Assembly (NCBI GenBank): GCA_043228905.1
Contig: JBHGNT010000010.1
Span: 6,572,001-6,636,000 of the forward strand
Reading direction: 5' to 3'
Length of the DNA stretch: 64,000 bases
Source of the DNA: Azolla caroliniana
Taxonomy: Eukaryota > Plantae > Polypodiophyta
This document shows, one piece after another, positions 35,707-47,880 of this stretch. Made by a program: the position numbers and the translations under genes. The notes beneath the pieces are model-generated. The model saw nothing but the letters and a program-made list of their open reading frames with translations. It ran no database searches and had not been told where the DNA came from. Positions within the stretch are counted from its first letter, which is position 1. Each line of letters opens with the position of its first letter.

Positions 35707-38700
35707 ATGGAAGGGGGTGTGAGTGGCTTTCCGGGGATGATTGTCCTAAACTCACAAAACTATTCAGACTGGAAGATTAAAATGGAAGATCTTCTGATAA
35801 TCAAAGATTTATATGAGGCTATAGAAAATAAGGATATACCAAGAGGGGTAATAGAATCGGAGTGGAAAATTCTAAATAGAAAGGCAGTGGCAACTATAAG
35901 ACAATGTGTAGACATAAGCGTCCTACAACATGTAGCAAGTGATACCAATGCCTTCGAGTTATGGCATAAACTCTCTGCCCTCTATGAAAGGAAAAATGCC
36001 TTAAATAAAACCTTCTTGATGAGGAAGATAGTGAGACTAAAGTACGTAGATGGGCAGAGCATTGTAGAGCACATCAGTACTTTTATGGGAATGGTGAATT
36101 AGTTAGCCTCAACGAAGTTCCCATTAGATGACGTTATGCAGGCCACACTACTGTTATGTACTCTACCGAATAGCTAGGAAAACTTAATAGTGACACTCAA
36201 CACCTCATGTAAAGAAGACAACCTATCTTTACAAGTATTCTAAATGAAGAGACAAGAAGAAAGGATAAAAGTGCCTTGTCTCAATCGGAAGCTAATGTGA
36301 CCCAAGAACCTATTAGAGGTAGAAGAGAGCATAAAAGTTCAGAAAATGGAGATAGATTTTATGGAAGGTCGAAATCTAGGGGAAGGCCTACATGCTTCTA
36401 TTGTGGGAAGCCCGACCACTTCCAAAACAATTGTCGACACCTCAAAAAGGACAAAGGCATGGCTGATGAGGTCGAAACCAGAAAAATCTCTGATGATAAA
36501 AATAGCTCATCCATTGTAACTAGTGAGGAAGAGATGTTATTCCTATGTAAACAAGTTAGTGTGAATCTCGCAAGTGCTGAGTGCTCATGGGTAGTGGATT
36601 CTGGAGCATCATTCCACCTAACCCCCAAAAGAGAATGTTTCTCATCTTACACAGCTGGTGACTATGGCTACATAAGGATGGGAAATGATGGTGAATGCAA
36701 GATCGTGGGCATAGCAAATGTGTGTTTGCTAACATCTACTAGCTACAGGTTAACACTGAAGGATGTACGCCATGTTCCAGATGTCAGATTGAATCTGATA
36801 TCGGTTGGACGACTAGATGATGAAGGTTACCAGGGTGGCTTCCGAAATGGTACATGGAAGTTCTGTAAAGGGAGCCTGATTGTGGCTCGAGCCCAAAAAC
36901 AGAACACATTGTATGTAATGCATGCAAAGTTGTGCCGAGATGAGGCAAATGTAGTGGCTGGCTCAGACGGTGAGTTGTGGTATAAAAGGCTCGGACACAT
37001 GAGCGAAAGGGGAATGCATATCCTTGCAGAAAAGGATTTTCTACCGGAGGTGAAAGGAATACACTTGGAAAGGTGTGTGGACTGCTTGGCTGGAAAGCAG
37101 AATAGAACAACATTTCACTCCAGACCTCCGATGAGAAGAGAGCATGCTTTAGAGCTGGTTCACACAGATGTGTGCTATGTGGATGCCCCATCACATCGTG
37201 GAGGACAATATTTTGTCACATTTATTGATGACTTCAGTAGGAAGGTGTGGGCTTATGTGCTGGTGTCTAAAGACCAAGTATTGTCGGTCTTTAAAGAGTT
37301 TCATGCAAGGGTGGAAAGAGAATCTAGACAGAAGATGAAAGTTGTCCGGACAGATAACGGTGGTGAATATAGAGGTCAATGTGAGATGTATTGCAAGACT
37401 CAAGGCATCAAACTTGAGTATACGGTGCTGAAGACACCTGAGCTAAATGGTCTAACAGAAAGAATGAATCAGACTATAATGGAGAGGGTACGAAGCATGT
37501 TGGCGCATGCAAAACTGCCAAAGTCGTATTGGGTTGAGGCAATGTTGACGGCTGTTTATCTCATAAACAGATCTCCATCAATGCCTCTAAAGGGGAATGT
37601 ACCATAGAGGGTGTGGACAGGAAGGAATGTGTCTTATCAACACTTAAAGGTGTTTGGATGCTTGGCCTATGTACATGTTGCTAAAGTTCAGAGGTCAAAG
37701 CTGGAAATCAAGTCCAAACCTTGTATATTCTTGGGGTACTCAGAAGATAAATTTGGGTACAACATGTGGGATCTTCTCGATAAGAAGGTGATAAGAAGTC
37801 GTGATGTTATATTCATGGAAGACAAGACAGTCGAAGACTGGAAAAAATAGAGACCAGAGTTGTCTTCCCAATCGACTACTACTATGGAGTCGACACTAGT
37901 TGATCCCACTCCCACACAACCAGTCGGCAGACAATAGCCGGCTGATGAAGCCGAATTTGAGTCGGCCGACACTCAACATCAAATAGATGCTCACGAATCT
38001 AAGTCGTAAGATGAGCTGGCAGAAGAAACCGAATCTGAGTCGGTTGGTGAAGGAAGAAGATATCCATGAAGACAAAGGAAGGCCTCCTTTAGATATCCAA
38101 CCAATCAATATATCCTCTTGATTGATGAAGGGGAACCAGAATGCTATGAAGAGGCCATGACTGATGTACACAAGGAGAAATGGTATAATGCCATGCAAGA
38201 AGAAATGGATTCCTTGCATGAGAACCTAACTTATGAGTTAATGGAGCCGCCTAATGGTAAGAAGGCACTTAGAAACAAATGGGTCTACAAATTAAAGACT
38301 GGTGAAGATGGAAGTACACCCAGGTATAAGGCCCGTATTGTCGTAAAGGGCTTTCAACAAAAAAGGGTGTTGACTTTGATGAGATTTTTGCTCCAGTTGT
38401 GAAGATGACCTCTATTCGGACTATTTTGAGTATGGCCGCCTGTATGAATCTTGAAATCGAATAGTTGGATGTTAAACAGCTTTCTTGCACGGTGAGTTAG
38501 AAGAGGAAATCTATATGCAACAGCCGGAGGGCTTTGAGGTAAAAGAAAAAGAAAATCTCGTGTGTAGGCTGAAGAAAAGCTTGTATGGTCTAAAGCAAGC
38601 TCCACAACAATGGTATAAGAAATTTGAGTCCTTCATGTTGGAACATGGATTCCACAAAACACAAGCTGATCATTGTGTATTTGTGAAAAGGTATAATGAA

Positions 38701-39723
38701 GGTGATTTTCTTATTCTGTTGTTGTATGTGGACGATATGTTGGTTGTTGGACAGGGTGTCAAAAAGATTGCAAGCTTGAAGAAAGCATTGAGAAAATTGT
38801 TTGCCATGAAAGACTTAGGACCAGCAAAACAGATTTTGGGACTGCATATAGTTCGGGACAGGACTGAAAACATGCTATGGCTGTCGCAAGAGAAATATAT
38901 GACAAAAGTTTTGCAAAGGTTTAACATGTACAATGCAAAATCGGTCGGATCTCCATTGCCAGTGGACTGTAAGTTAAATTCAGGACAATGCCCGAAAACA
39001 GAGAAAGATAAGGCAGAGATGAGGAGAGTGTCGTATGCTTCTGCTGTTGGCAGCCTTATGTATGCTATGGTTTGCAGAAGGCCGGACATTGCATTCACTG
39101 TTGGAACAGTTAGCTGCTACATGAGTAATCCTGGAAAGGAGCATTGGGTTGCTGTAAAATGGATACTTAGATATCTAAGAGGGACTTCGAGTGTATGCAT
39201 TAGATATGGCTTAGAGAAACCTATCATAGAAGGTTTCACAGATTCTGATATGTCGGGTGATGTAGATTCCAGCCAATCCACATTAGGGTATGTGATGACT
39301 TATTTAGGGGGAGCCGTGTCATGGCAATCAAGATTGCAAAAGACTATGGCTTTGTCAACCACAGAGGCTGAGTATATGGCTGTAGTGGAAGCCGGAAAAG
39401 AAGTGATTTGGATGAGAGACTTCTTAAGCGAACTAGGAATGAAGCAAGAAAGGTTCTTGCTTCATTGTGATAATCAGAGTGCTATTCATTTGGCTAAGAA
39501 TGTTTCCTATCATTCCCGTACGAAGCACATTCAAAGAAGGTATCATTGGTTGCGAGAGAAACTGGAAGAAAATGAATTTGCTTTAGCAAAGATCCATACT
39601 GATGAAAATGGATCAGACATGCTCACAAAAATTCTGTCTATGGAAAAACTCGTTGCGTGCCGAAAAAGGATTGGTTTGGTTGACTCTCCCCCTACAAGAG
39701 TGAAGGGAGAGTTTGTTATGTAA
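35707..39723 (+). pseudogene. Copia gag-pol of element G (few stops and frameshifts)
   Basis: ORFs 35707-36102, 36276-37607, 37611-37850, 38118-38402 and 38485-39723 with gag, CCHC, DSGAS, IN, YVDD and RNase H motifs. Confidence 0.95.
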
Positions 39724-40576
39724 AGGTGTCCCTCCATGCGGGGGAGTTGGCCGAAAAGTCGACTTAAGAGTCAGCTGGTCGAAATCGGCTTAGAAGCCGA
39801 AATGCGTCGGCTAACCGAAATCAGCCGAAAAGCCGAAAAGCCGAAAAGAGTCGGCTGACCGAATTTGGCCGAAATCAGTTGGAGAGCAAAAAGAAATAGT
39901 CGGTTTGCCGAAGAACCGAATTGGGGGTCGATTGACTAAATTAGGTGAGAAAGCTGAATTCGAACTAGGTTGAATAGGAGTTCAAACACACACACACACA
40001 CATATACACATGTCTTCTTATACATATGTATGAAATGAATTAGTATATATATACTAACAGGCCTAGTAGTGCGTCTGTATGTGGGATAACTCACTAGAAG
40101 TAAACAGTGAGATAAAGGGGGGAAAAACATACATAACGTATGTGAGTAAGTAAGATATATATATATGTGAGTGAAAAACGAGTTGTAAAAACAGCGTGAC
40201 TCAGAGATCGACTGAGTATATACACAGTAGTGGTTGTGCTAGAGAGAATACTCAGAAGCTAAGTGAGAGAAGAAAGAAGAGTGAAACAAAGAGAAATAGA
40301 GAGAAAGATAGAGAAGCTTTGGAAGCTTCAAAGGGGAATAGACATCTATGTGTTAGGGTTTGGAATGCTCATAAGAAATTGTGGTTTCAGAGAACATTCA
40401 GATAAGATCAGGTGCTTTCATTCTATGGTTGTATTTTGTCCTCTATTATAGTGGAAATCTTTGTTCCGTGGTTTTTCCCTGAAATCAGGGTTTTCCACGT
40501 AAATCGTGTGCTCTTCTTCATTTTTCTGTTTGTGTCTAAGTTTAATATCGGAATTTGTCTAAGTGAAATTTTATCA
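39714..40576 (+). repeat. 3' LTR of element G
   Basis: Direct repeat of 34826-35680. Confidence 0.95.
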
Positions 40577-41247
40577 AAAGCAACCTCTGGTGTAGAATCC
40601 TCTTCCTCAGATGAGTACGAATCTTCATCAAACTCACTCTCCTCATCATTGGTCTTTCTTTCAAAATCTTCAGATTGTCCATCTTCCTCCATTTTCTTTT
40701 CGGTATGGCAGAACACTCATTTAATTGGTATTAACATCAATTCATTGCGAGTGAATTCGTGAGGATGGCTTTTGTGTGGACTATCGACAAGGAGACAAAG
40801 ATGTAGGAAAAGAAAAATAGGGAAGGAATGAATGAAGGCTATTGCGTCTCCAATGGCATGCTTGTTTGCTTTCTTCGTCTTCTTCATCCTTGTCTTCCTC
40901 TTCTTTTGTTGTGTGTTGATGGTGCTAGTGATGAGAATGGTGATGGTGATGATGAGATCAAAGACGAAAAACTGACGATCTGGTGTTGTTGTTGTGACAT
41001 GTGAGCTTAGTGTGAGGGGGAGTTTCGGAGTGCTAAGGACTAGGAGGTCTTGGGGAAGAAAACAATAACACAATATAGACAAACATGCAGAGAGGGAGAG
41101 AGATAGAATTCTTCTCAAGGGAGGGTCGAGTGAGGGAAATTGAAGAAGCTCCTCCGGGGAACACCATTTTTTCGGCTACACCAACACACAGACACAAAGG
41201 AGTTGAGAGGGAGAGAGAGACATCTTCTCAAGGGATGGTCGGCCATT

Positions 41248-41258
41248 CGGGCATGCCA
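41248..41258 (-). promoter_or_regulatory. Second, oppositely oriented PBS-like site of element F, at the expected PPT position
   Basis: Minus strand reads LTR end AAACA, spacer CA, then TGGCATGCCCG. Confidence 0.65.
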
Positions 41259-41260
41259 TG

Positions 41261-41604
41261 TGTTTATGGGTGGGGGGTGGAGCCAAGAACAACTCCACCC
41301 CCCTCCCAAGGGGGCACGTTTGAGAGAGAGAGAAGGACAGAGAAACAAAGAAATGACACAAAATGAGAGGGAAAAATTCTATATATATTACATGCCCCAT
41401 AAGGGGTTTATATAGTACATAATGTAAAAATTACATAATATGACCGTTACAAAAAAGAAAGTTACATTCTTGTACACACGCACATAATTGTACATGTGAT
41501 TATATACATTTATCTTCACTCAGATTCGTATACATTACACATATACCACAACCCCTTTATCATGTTTGACCCTTACACTACCCTGTACACTCCTACGGGT
41601 AACA
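41261..41604. repeat. Right LTR of element F
   Basis: Direct repeat of 24268-24618, followed by TSD ACCAA. Confidence 0.9.
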
Positions 41605-42453
41605 ACCAAGTGTTATACGTCTTCAAGGAGTTCAAGGCAAGAGTCGAAAGAGAAACCAGTCGAAAAGTTAAAAGTGGTCAAGCAGTCAACGGAGGAGAAT
41701 ATCGACGGTAATTCGAGGAGTATTGTCGGTCGAAGGGAATCCGACTCGAATACACCGTGCTGAAGACGCCAAAGCGTAACGGGCTGACTGAGAGAATTAA
41801 CCGGACCATCATGGAGAGAGTCTGGAGCATGCTTGCACATGCAAAACTATCAAAGACCTTCTGGGCTGAGGCGTTGATGACGACTATTTATGTGATAAAA
41901 CTATGACCCTTAGACTGAGATATTCAGCCATGCATATTCCTAGGATACGGCGATGACGGCAAAGACACGTCGTACTAGCATTAGAGAGTGTTCGGTTGTC
42001 TTGCCTACATGCATGTTGTAAAGGACCAAAGTGGCAAATTGGACCCAAAGATTCAGCCATGCATATTCCTAGGATACGACAATGACGAGTTTGGCTACTA
42101 GCCATGGGACTTACTCGAGAAGAAAGTAATCTAGAGTTGAGATATAGTCTTCATGGAGGAGAAGACTATTGCTGACTAGGAGAAGGAGAAGATGAGTGTG
42201 CCCTCCCGGTCAGTCAAAAGTCGAATGTTGGATCCAGATGGCTAATTGGGATCCGGATCCAGATAGGGATACAAACACGGGGTCAGGTCTGGAGCCGGAT
42301 TGACCGGATGACATCCAGTCGGACCCAAAGGGGAAGAAGTAGTCGACTCGGAATCAAACGATGAACCAGCCGAAGGAGAAAAGGAAGGATCTAGCGAGCT
42401 ATTTGAGGAAAATAGAGGAAGGAGATACCCTTTGAGAGAGAGAAGGGCCCCCA

Positions 42454-44250
42454 TGTAATACTCCTTAAAGGTCCATCTTATTCCTTAATATTAGTAAGAC
42501 CTTGGATGCAACAATTACAAGTAATACATGATTGGAGTATTATGAACTTATCACCTTCAATGGGTTTCACATCTTCTATGACTTGTATCTACAACAACAA
42601 ACCAAATGTATGAAGGAGAAGGAATCATCTATCGACAATGGCAAGCAAGAAGAGGAAAGCATAACAATTGATGGATCTTCGTGGGATAGGGAAAACAAAT
42701 TGTTCCACGTGGTGTCTAAGGAGGAAGGAGAAGTCATTGAAGATGATTTCAAATAATATCCAAGGAGAAGAGCATCTAAGGTTCATTTCTCTTTTTTCTA
42801 AGTTTCCAAAGTTACTCATAAATGTCTATACACAAATAAAAGGAGAAGATGGTATCAAACACCACATCAAGTTGAAGGAGAGTGAACCAATTGACCAAAT
42901 GCTTCAACAATCGGAGGTTATGCAAAAGGAAGATCTTAAAGTATTGTTACAAGAGAGTTTCATTTATCATATGGAGGATTTGAAGTGTGTGTCACCTAAT
43001 GTTGTGATTCTAAAGCAGAAAGACATAAACTTCCAACTCTTTATTGATTCAACCAAACAAAATCGATTTTCACTTCCATTTCGAGATGAGATTCTTGATG
43101 AAATGTTTGTACACACAAAACAAGGTAATGTGGAGAATGTTGTGTGCCAAGAAGGAATTTATATGGATGAATCAAAGATCGAAGTTATTCAAAAGGTGGC
43201 AAGTCCAACAAGTCTCAAAGCTTTGACGGTATTTGTGCAAAAGGTTTATTCATATGTTGACATGCTTATTTCTATCAAGAGTTATGTATTGCATGGCCCT
43301 ACTCGTGTTTGGAGAGTTGACGAAGACATAATAATTGTGGTAACCTCTTTCTTTGTGTTGACAAGGAGAAAGATGGTGATGGCAATTGTCAATGTGTGTG
43401 TGTGCATGTGTTTAGAAGTGTGAGGTTTTTCCTACCAACTAGCAGGGGTTTTACTCACATAATTTGTTTCTTTTTTATTTATTCTCTCCTTCTTTGTCTA
43501 TAGCCATGAATAAGTCGAAAGAGAATATTTGGTTTTATTAGTAGCTTAGGGTTTGCCATAAATGGTTCACCAAGAAGCATGGGGGGGGGCTAAATGTGAA
43601 AGTGTTTTTAGAAATCAATGGATTGAACACTACAAGAATATAAGGTATGGAGCATTCACATCCGGAGGGCAAGAACACAAACCAAGGTCTTGAGGATAAG
43701 TCAAACTAAAAGCAAGGCACAAGGAGAAAAGTAAAAGAAGAAAAAAGCGGGCCACCAAAACACAGTTTGAAACGAACGCACATAACTAATTCTTTTGGAA
43801 GCCAAATATCATGTTCAAATATAGGTTGGAAAGCTTGTAAAGAGAGCTATACGTAGCTTTTTAAATCTCTAAATTTGAGGGATATATGATGATTAGAAGA
43901 TTGTTGTGTTATAACTAAGAATAGGAGATAGAAAACTTCTAAAAAAAGCGTAAAAAAGAAAGCAAGGGAAAGTTATCTTGTAGAGGAGACCGTCATATAA
44001 AGCAAGAAGAGTAAGGTGGTAGAGAGAGAGGCTATTTCATGTGGTGTTTTCTTGCCCGTTTATGTAGTGTGGTTTAGTTGTTACCAATATAGCTTTGTAT
44101 ATTTGGATTTATGTATCTTCTTTCTCTCTTCTATCATGATCATTCATTATCAATAGATCTTTGTAGTTTTAGATTTATATATCTTCTTTATCTTTTCTTT
44201 CTATCATCATCCTTTCAATTAACTCTATATTAAATTAGCATGATCAAATA
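42454..44250 (+). mobile_element. Highly deleted gypsy derivative with relic RT ORF and probable 3' LTR starting ~43595
   Basis: ORF 42668-43423 has IKHHIKL, VSPNVVI, FSLPFRDEILD and EGIYMDESKIEVI. G-rich PPT-like run 43581-43594, then TG. Boundaries are uncertain. Confidence 0.55.
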
Positions 44251-44502
44251 GAAAAATACCCACAATGAGGTATATATAGATCTCATGTGCAAGGGTGCAC
44301 GTGTGTGAGGAGAATATAGGTACAAGGATGTAAGTCCTATATTAAATGTACTTGGGAGTGGAGGATCTAGAACATCCCAGTTACGTACAAGGTCCTATTT
44401 AAGGCGTTATAATGAACACTTCTAACTAGATTCTATCTAGGTAACTACGAAGTTACATGGTTGACTAACTAACTAAACTAAGTTGAGCTTCATCTCTCAA
44501 CA

Positions 44503-45780
44503 ACTACGTCCAAACTTCAGACGATCTGTTTGTTCTCAGAGTCCCAAAGTCGGTAACCAATCTCGCCATCTAGTCCATAGCCAAGGAAAACACATATCCT
44601 GGACCTCAGTGAAAGCTTTCGGTGATCGTCTTTTGGCATGAGAGTGTAAGCTTCCCAGCTAGAAATCCTCAGTTTCTCAGAATTCGCCTTTTTGTTGGTC
44701 CATAATTCCTGAGGAATCTGAAGTCCTAGAGGTCTACTCAATGAAATATTGATTATGTGTATTGTCGTAAGTAGAGCCTCTGCCTAGAAGCCATCCAACA
44801 GTCCGGAGTGGTGGAGCATGGACACTATTCGTTCTTGAATTGTCCAATTCATCCGTCTAACAATTCTATTCTGCCCCAGACTATGTGGTGCCGTGTATTC
44901 ACATCTGATGCTATATTGTTGGCAAAATTTGGTGAATTCCTTTGATTTGAACTTTCCCCTGTTATTAGCCCAAAGACATTTCAATTTTTGACCATGGCAA
45001 GCCATTCAGAAAAGATCGAGAATGCCTAATCTTTGGTTTTGGACGGATAGGCCCACACCTTCCGAGTTGAATCATCAATGAAGCTGAAGAAATACAAGGC
45101 ACCACCAAGTGACTGATGTGGCATCGTGCCACAAACTTTTGAATGGACTAAATCAAGGGGACTTGATCCTCTTGGTGCTGCCATGGGGTGTCAAGCGGCT
45201 GTCTATTTGCCGTACTGATAATTCTCGCAAAACTAATTATCGGAGAAGGAGAGTTTGGGAATATATCTGGCTTTGGATAAATGCGCGATGTCACCTTTGT
45301 TGAGGTGTCTGAGTCGGTCGTGCCACAATGATGACACGAGAATATTTACCAGAAACAAGTCAGCCTCTCTGAGTGTAACATATACTGGGTACAATGAATG
45401 TACTTTCGGACCTCGAGCAAGTAGGAGGTTCCCTAGATGAAGTTTCCACCCTCCTGATGAGAAGCCAGCACGGATGACGTCCTCATCTAACTATCCGGCT
45501 GAGATGAATGACCTTGAGAGCTCAGGAACATGTCAAACATTGTGTAGTACTAGTGTAGAACCACCCGAAAGGTTGAGCTCTATAGTGCTGATTCCAATTA
45601 TAGCACAATGCTATGAATTTCCGACATGGACCAAGTCGGAATGTTAGACCGAGTATTGCCGAAATTGGGATCAATATGGGGTCATGTGCTCTATTAGAGT
45701 AGGATGCACCTGAATCCAAGCGCCATGTGCTCGATTCTTTAGTCGTAAGTAGAAATTCTTTTTGGCCGAGTGTTCTATGA
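44503..45780 (-). mobile_element. Degenerate Copia PR-IN fragment
   Basis: DSGASY, LWHDRL, YFFSFIDDSTRKVW, CVFLGYG..GYRLWD. Confidence 0.8.
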
Positions 45781-47471
45781 TGTTGAGAATCGAACTCAAC
45801 TTCTCATAAATAGGTTTCACACTAGCTCATGGACATACCAGGCTAGTTTTGTAAATAACAAAAAGGGCGCTTGCCCTAGCTCAGTTGGTATTTAAACCAA
45901 TCCCTTGTAACTTAGTAGTTGTTGGATGTTTTATGCTTGGATGTAATTTTGGTTAATATACAGTTTTGTCTATCTATGTCTTTAGAGCTCTCTCTCTCTG
46001 TCTTGAGAAAAACACACACACTCACTCATCTTCCATTGCGTTACAACCACACTTGCCTCCTCATTTCTTTACATGGTATCAGAGCGAGTGGTTGTCTAAT
46101 CAAGCATTTTCGACTATGTTGTGCTGCAAGCCGACGATCAATAGAATCGACCCATCGACAAAGAAGAAATCACCATGAATACTCAAATGGGAAGTGCTCT
46201 TCCTATCGAGAAGCTCGGCAGAACGAAATTTGCATCTTGGTAATACAAGATGCATAAATATCTTGTCGGACAAGGCTACTGGAGCTACATCGAAGGAGCT
46301 CACGAATCACACCCTAACCCAACACACGGCGACTATCCCGCTTGGGAGCAGGCTGCAAGCCGTGTGTTGTATTGCCTTGCATCATGCATTCATGATCACA
46401 TGCTTGGCTACATTCGAGAGGCAAAAATGCCGAAGCAAGCGTGGGAAAACCTCAAGAAGATTTTCGCACCCAATACGACCGCACGAAAGCTCCAGCTTCG
46501 ACAGGAGCTGAACAATCTTCAACAAAGGGACATGTCAATCGGCAACTACACCTTAAAGATTAAAGAGTTGTGCGATGCCCTTGGATAGATCAATGCTAGC
46601 ATTGATGACGAAGAAATGGTGCAGATATGCCTCGGTGGCTTAGCACCGCAATTTGGCGCTATAAGATCGGCCCTTCTTGCAAGAGAGAATCCTCCCTCCT
46701 TTTTTGATCTCCAATCGTTATTGCTAGTCGAAGAGAATCATGTGCGTCAAAGGAACAACGCACACGAAGGATAGATGCTATATTCGAACTTTGATGGAGG
46801 AAGAGGACACGGTCGCGGCAGGAGAGGCCAATACGGCCAAGGTCGACACAATCAACATCATAACTCCCACCAATGGCAAGCGGACAAAAACAGCCCTAGA
46901 GAGTTCGATGGAAGGGGGAGTCATCACGCTGGATCAGTCAACCGTAGGAACCTAGTTGAGTGCGGGTACTGTGGAAAACCTGGCCACCACAAAGAGGAGT
47001 GTCGGAAGAAGAAGTGTGAGCAAGGCCGACAACTAACAAATTACGCCACGAACTCTGACTACGGCGACCGCGACGGAATGTTCATAATGAAGAACAAAGC
47101 ACACTCAATGTCCACACTTGCGTCAACTACCGCTTCCACTCCAAACAACGTATGGTTTGTCGATTTGGGAGCATCCAGTCAGATGACGTCCCATGAAGAT
47201 TGGTTTTGGGAACTTCGGAAGCCCGAACGTCTCGGATATGTCGAAACAGGAGATGACATGACTCACCCCATACAACATATCGGGAACGTCCTATTCGGAA
47301 ACGACGACAAACAAACCTAACTCAAGAACGTGCTGCATTTCCCCACTATTATGAAAAACCTGGTCTCGGTTGGCTAGATTGTCGAACAAGGAATGCAAGT
47401 ACGCTTCAATAATGATGGGTGCTTCATCGAAAAAGGCGATAAAGTCATAGCTCATGGCCATTGTGAAGGCT

Positions 47472-47880
47472 TGTAAAAAAGAATAGCGTGCGGAAGCAAT
47501 AGAAAACTGAAAACAGAAACGCAGGTTTAATGGAGAGCTTGAATATACACAGTACGCGAGAGAACAACTTAAATCTAATATCAACAACTCTGTATAATTC
47601 TTTGTACATACAACGTGCTCAACAACACTATTTATACAAGTCCTAAGAGGATTGACAGAAGTATAGTGTACTTCAATGCTCACTCAAGCGTCTGACACTA
47701 ACTACGAGACATTAACTACCTAGTAGTTTAGGCTACTACTAGGCTTCCGGTTATTGCTTGATTCGGGTAACCGGCTCCCCAGTTCATTGGCTCACTTGCT
47801 CACCGGCTCATCCTTCCGGATGCCGATCCGGCTCAGGCTTATTCATCCAATCTGGATTCGGTTGAGCTTGCCGCTCAACA
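47472..47880 (-). repeat. 3' LTR of element I
   Basis: Direct repeat of 52758-53189. Confidence 0.92.

Larger units (their letters stand above)
34826..40576 (+). mobile_element. Full-length Tnt1/Tork-like Copia element G (related to B)
   Basis: LTRs 34826-35680 and 39714-40576. Perfect TSD AAAGC. PBS 35684-35695. PPT 39698-39713. Confidence 0.97.
34250..40716 (-). pseudogene. Unknown ~237-codon ORF of element F, split by element G (segments 40716-40577 and 34820-34250)
   Basis: Removing G and one AAAGC restores the frame STPEVA-FTNDEAQVLIDELL. Acidic N-terminus, helical middle, basic end; two in-frame stops. Confidence 0.55.
24268..41604. mobile_element. LTR element F (Tat-like, non-autonomous as seen) with tRNA-type PBS inside both LTRs; hosts two LINEs, a Copia fragment and element G
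   Basis: LTRs 24268-24618 and 41261-41604 (TGTTTA..TAACA, roughly 90% identical by eye). TSD ACCAG/ACCAA inside the integrase of E. No gag/pol of its own recognised. Confidence 0.85.
22202..42453 (+). mobile_element. Tork-like Copia element E (5' LTR, gag-PR-IN, 3' truncated); host of element F
   Basis: LTR 22202-22715, PBS TGGTATCAGAGC at 22719-22730, WVVDSGAS. Integrase KTKDQ (to 24267) resumes as VLYVFKEFKARVERET at 41610. Confidence 0.85.

Noticed and set aside
24619-41260. CATGGCATGCC inverted ends read as DNA transposon TIRs
   Set aside because: This would require a ~345-bp TSD. The flanking repeats have TG..CA ends and their own 5-bp TSD, so they are LTRs.
45873-45892. TAGCTCAGTTGGTA resembling a tRNA 5' end
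   Set aside because: No B-box or cloverleaf follows; it lies just before the TATTTAAA of the LTR of H.
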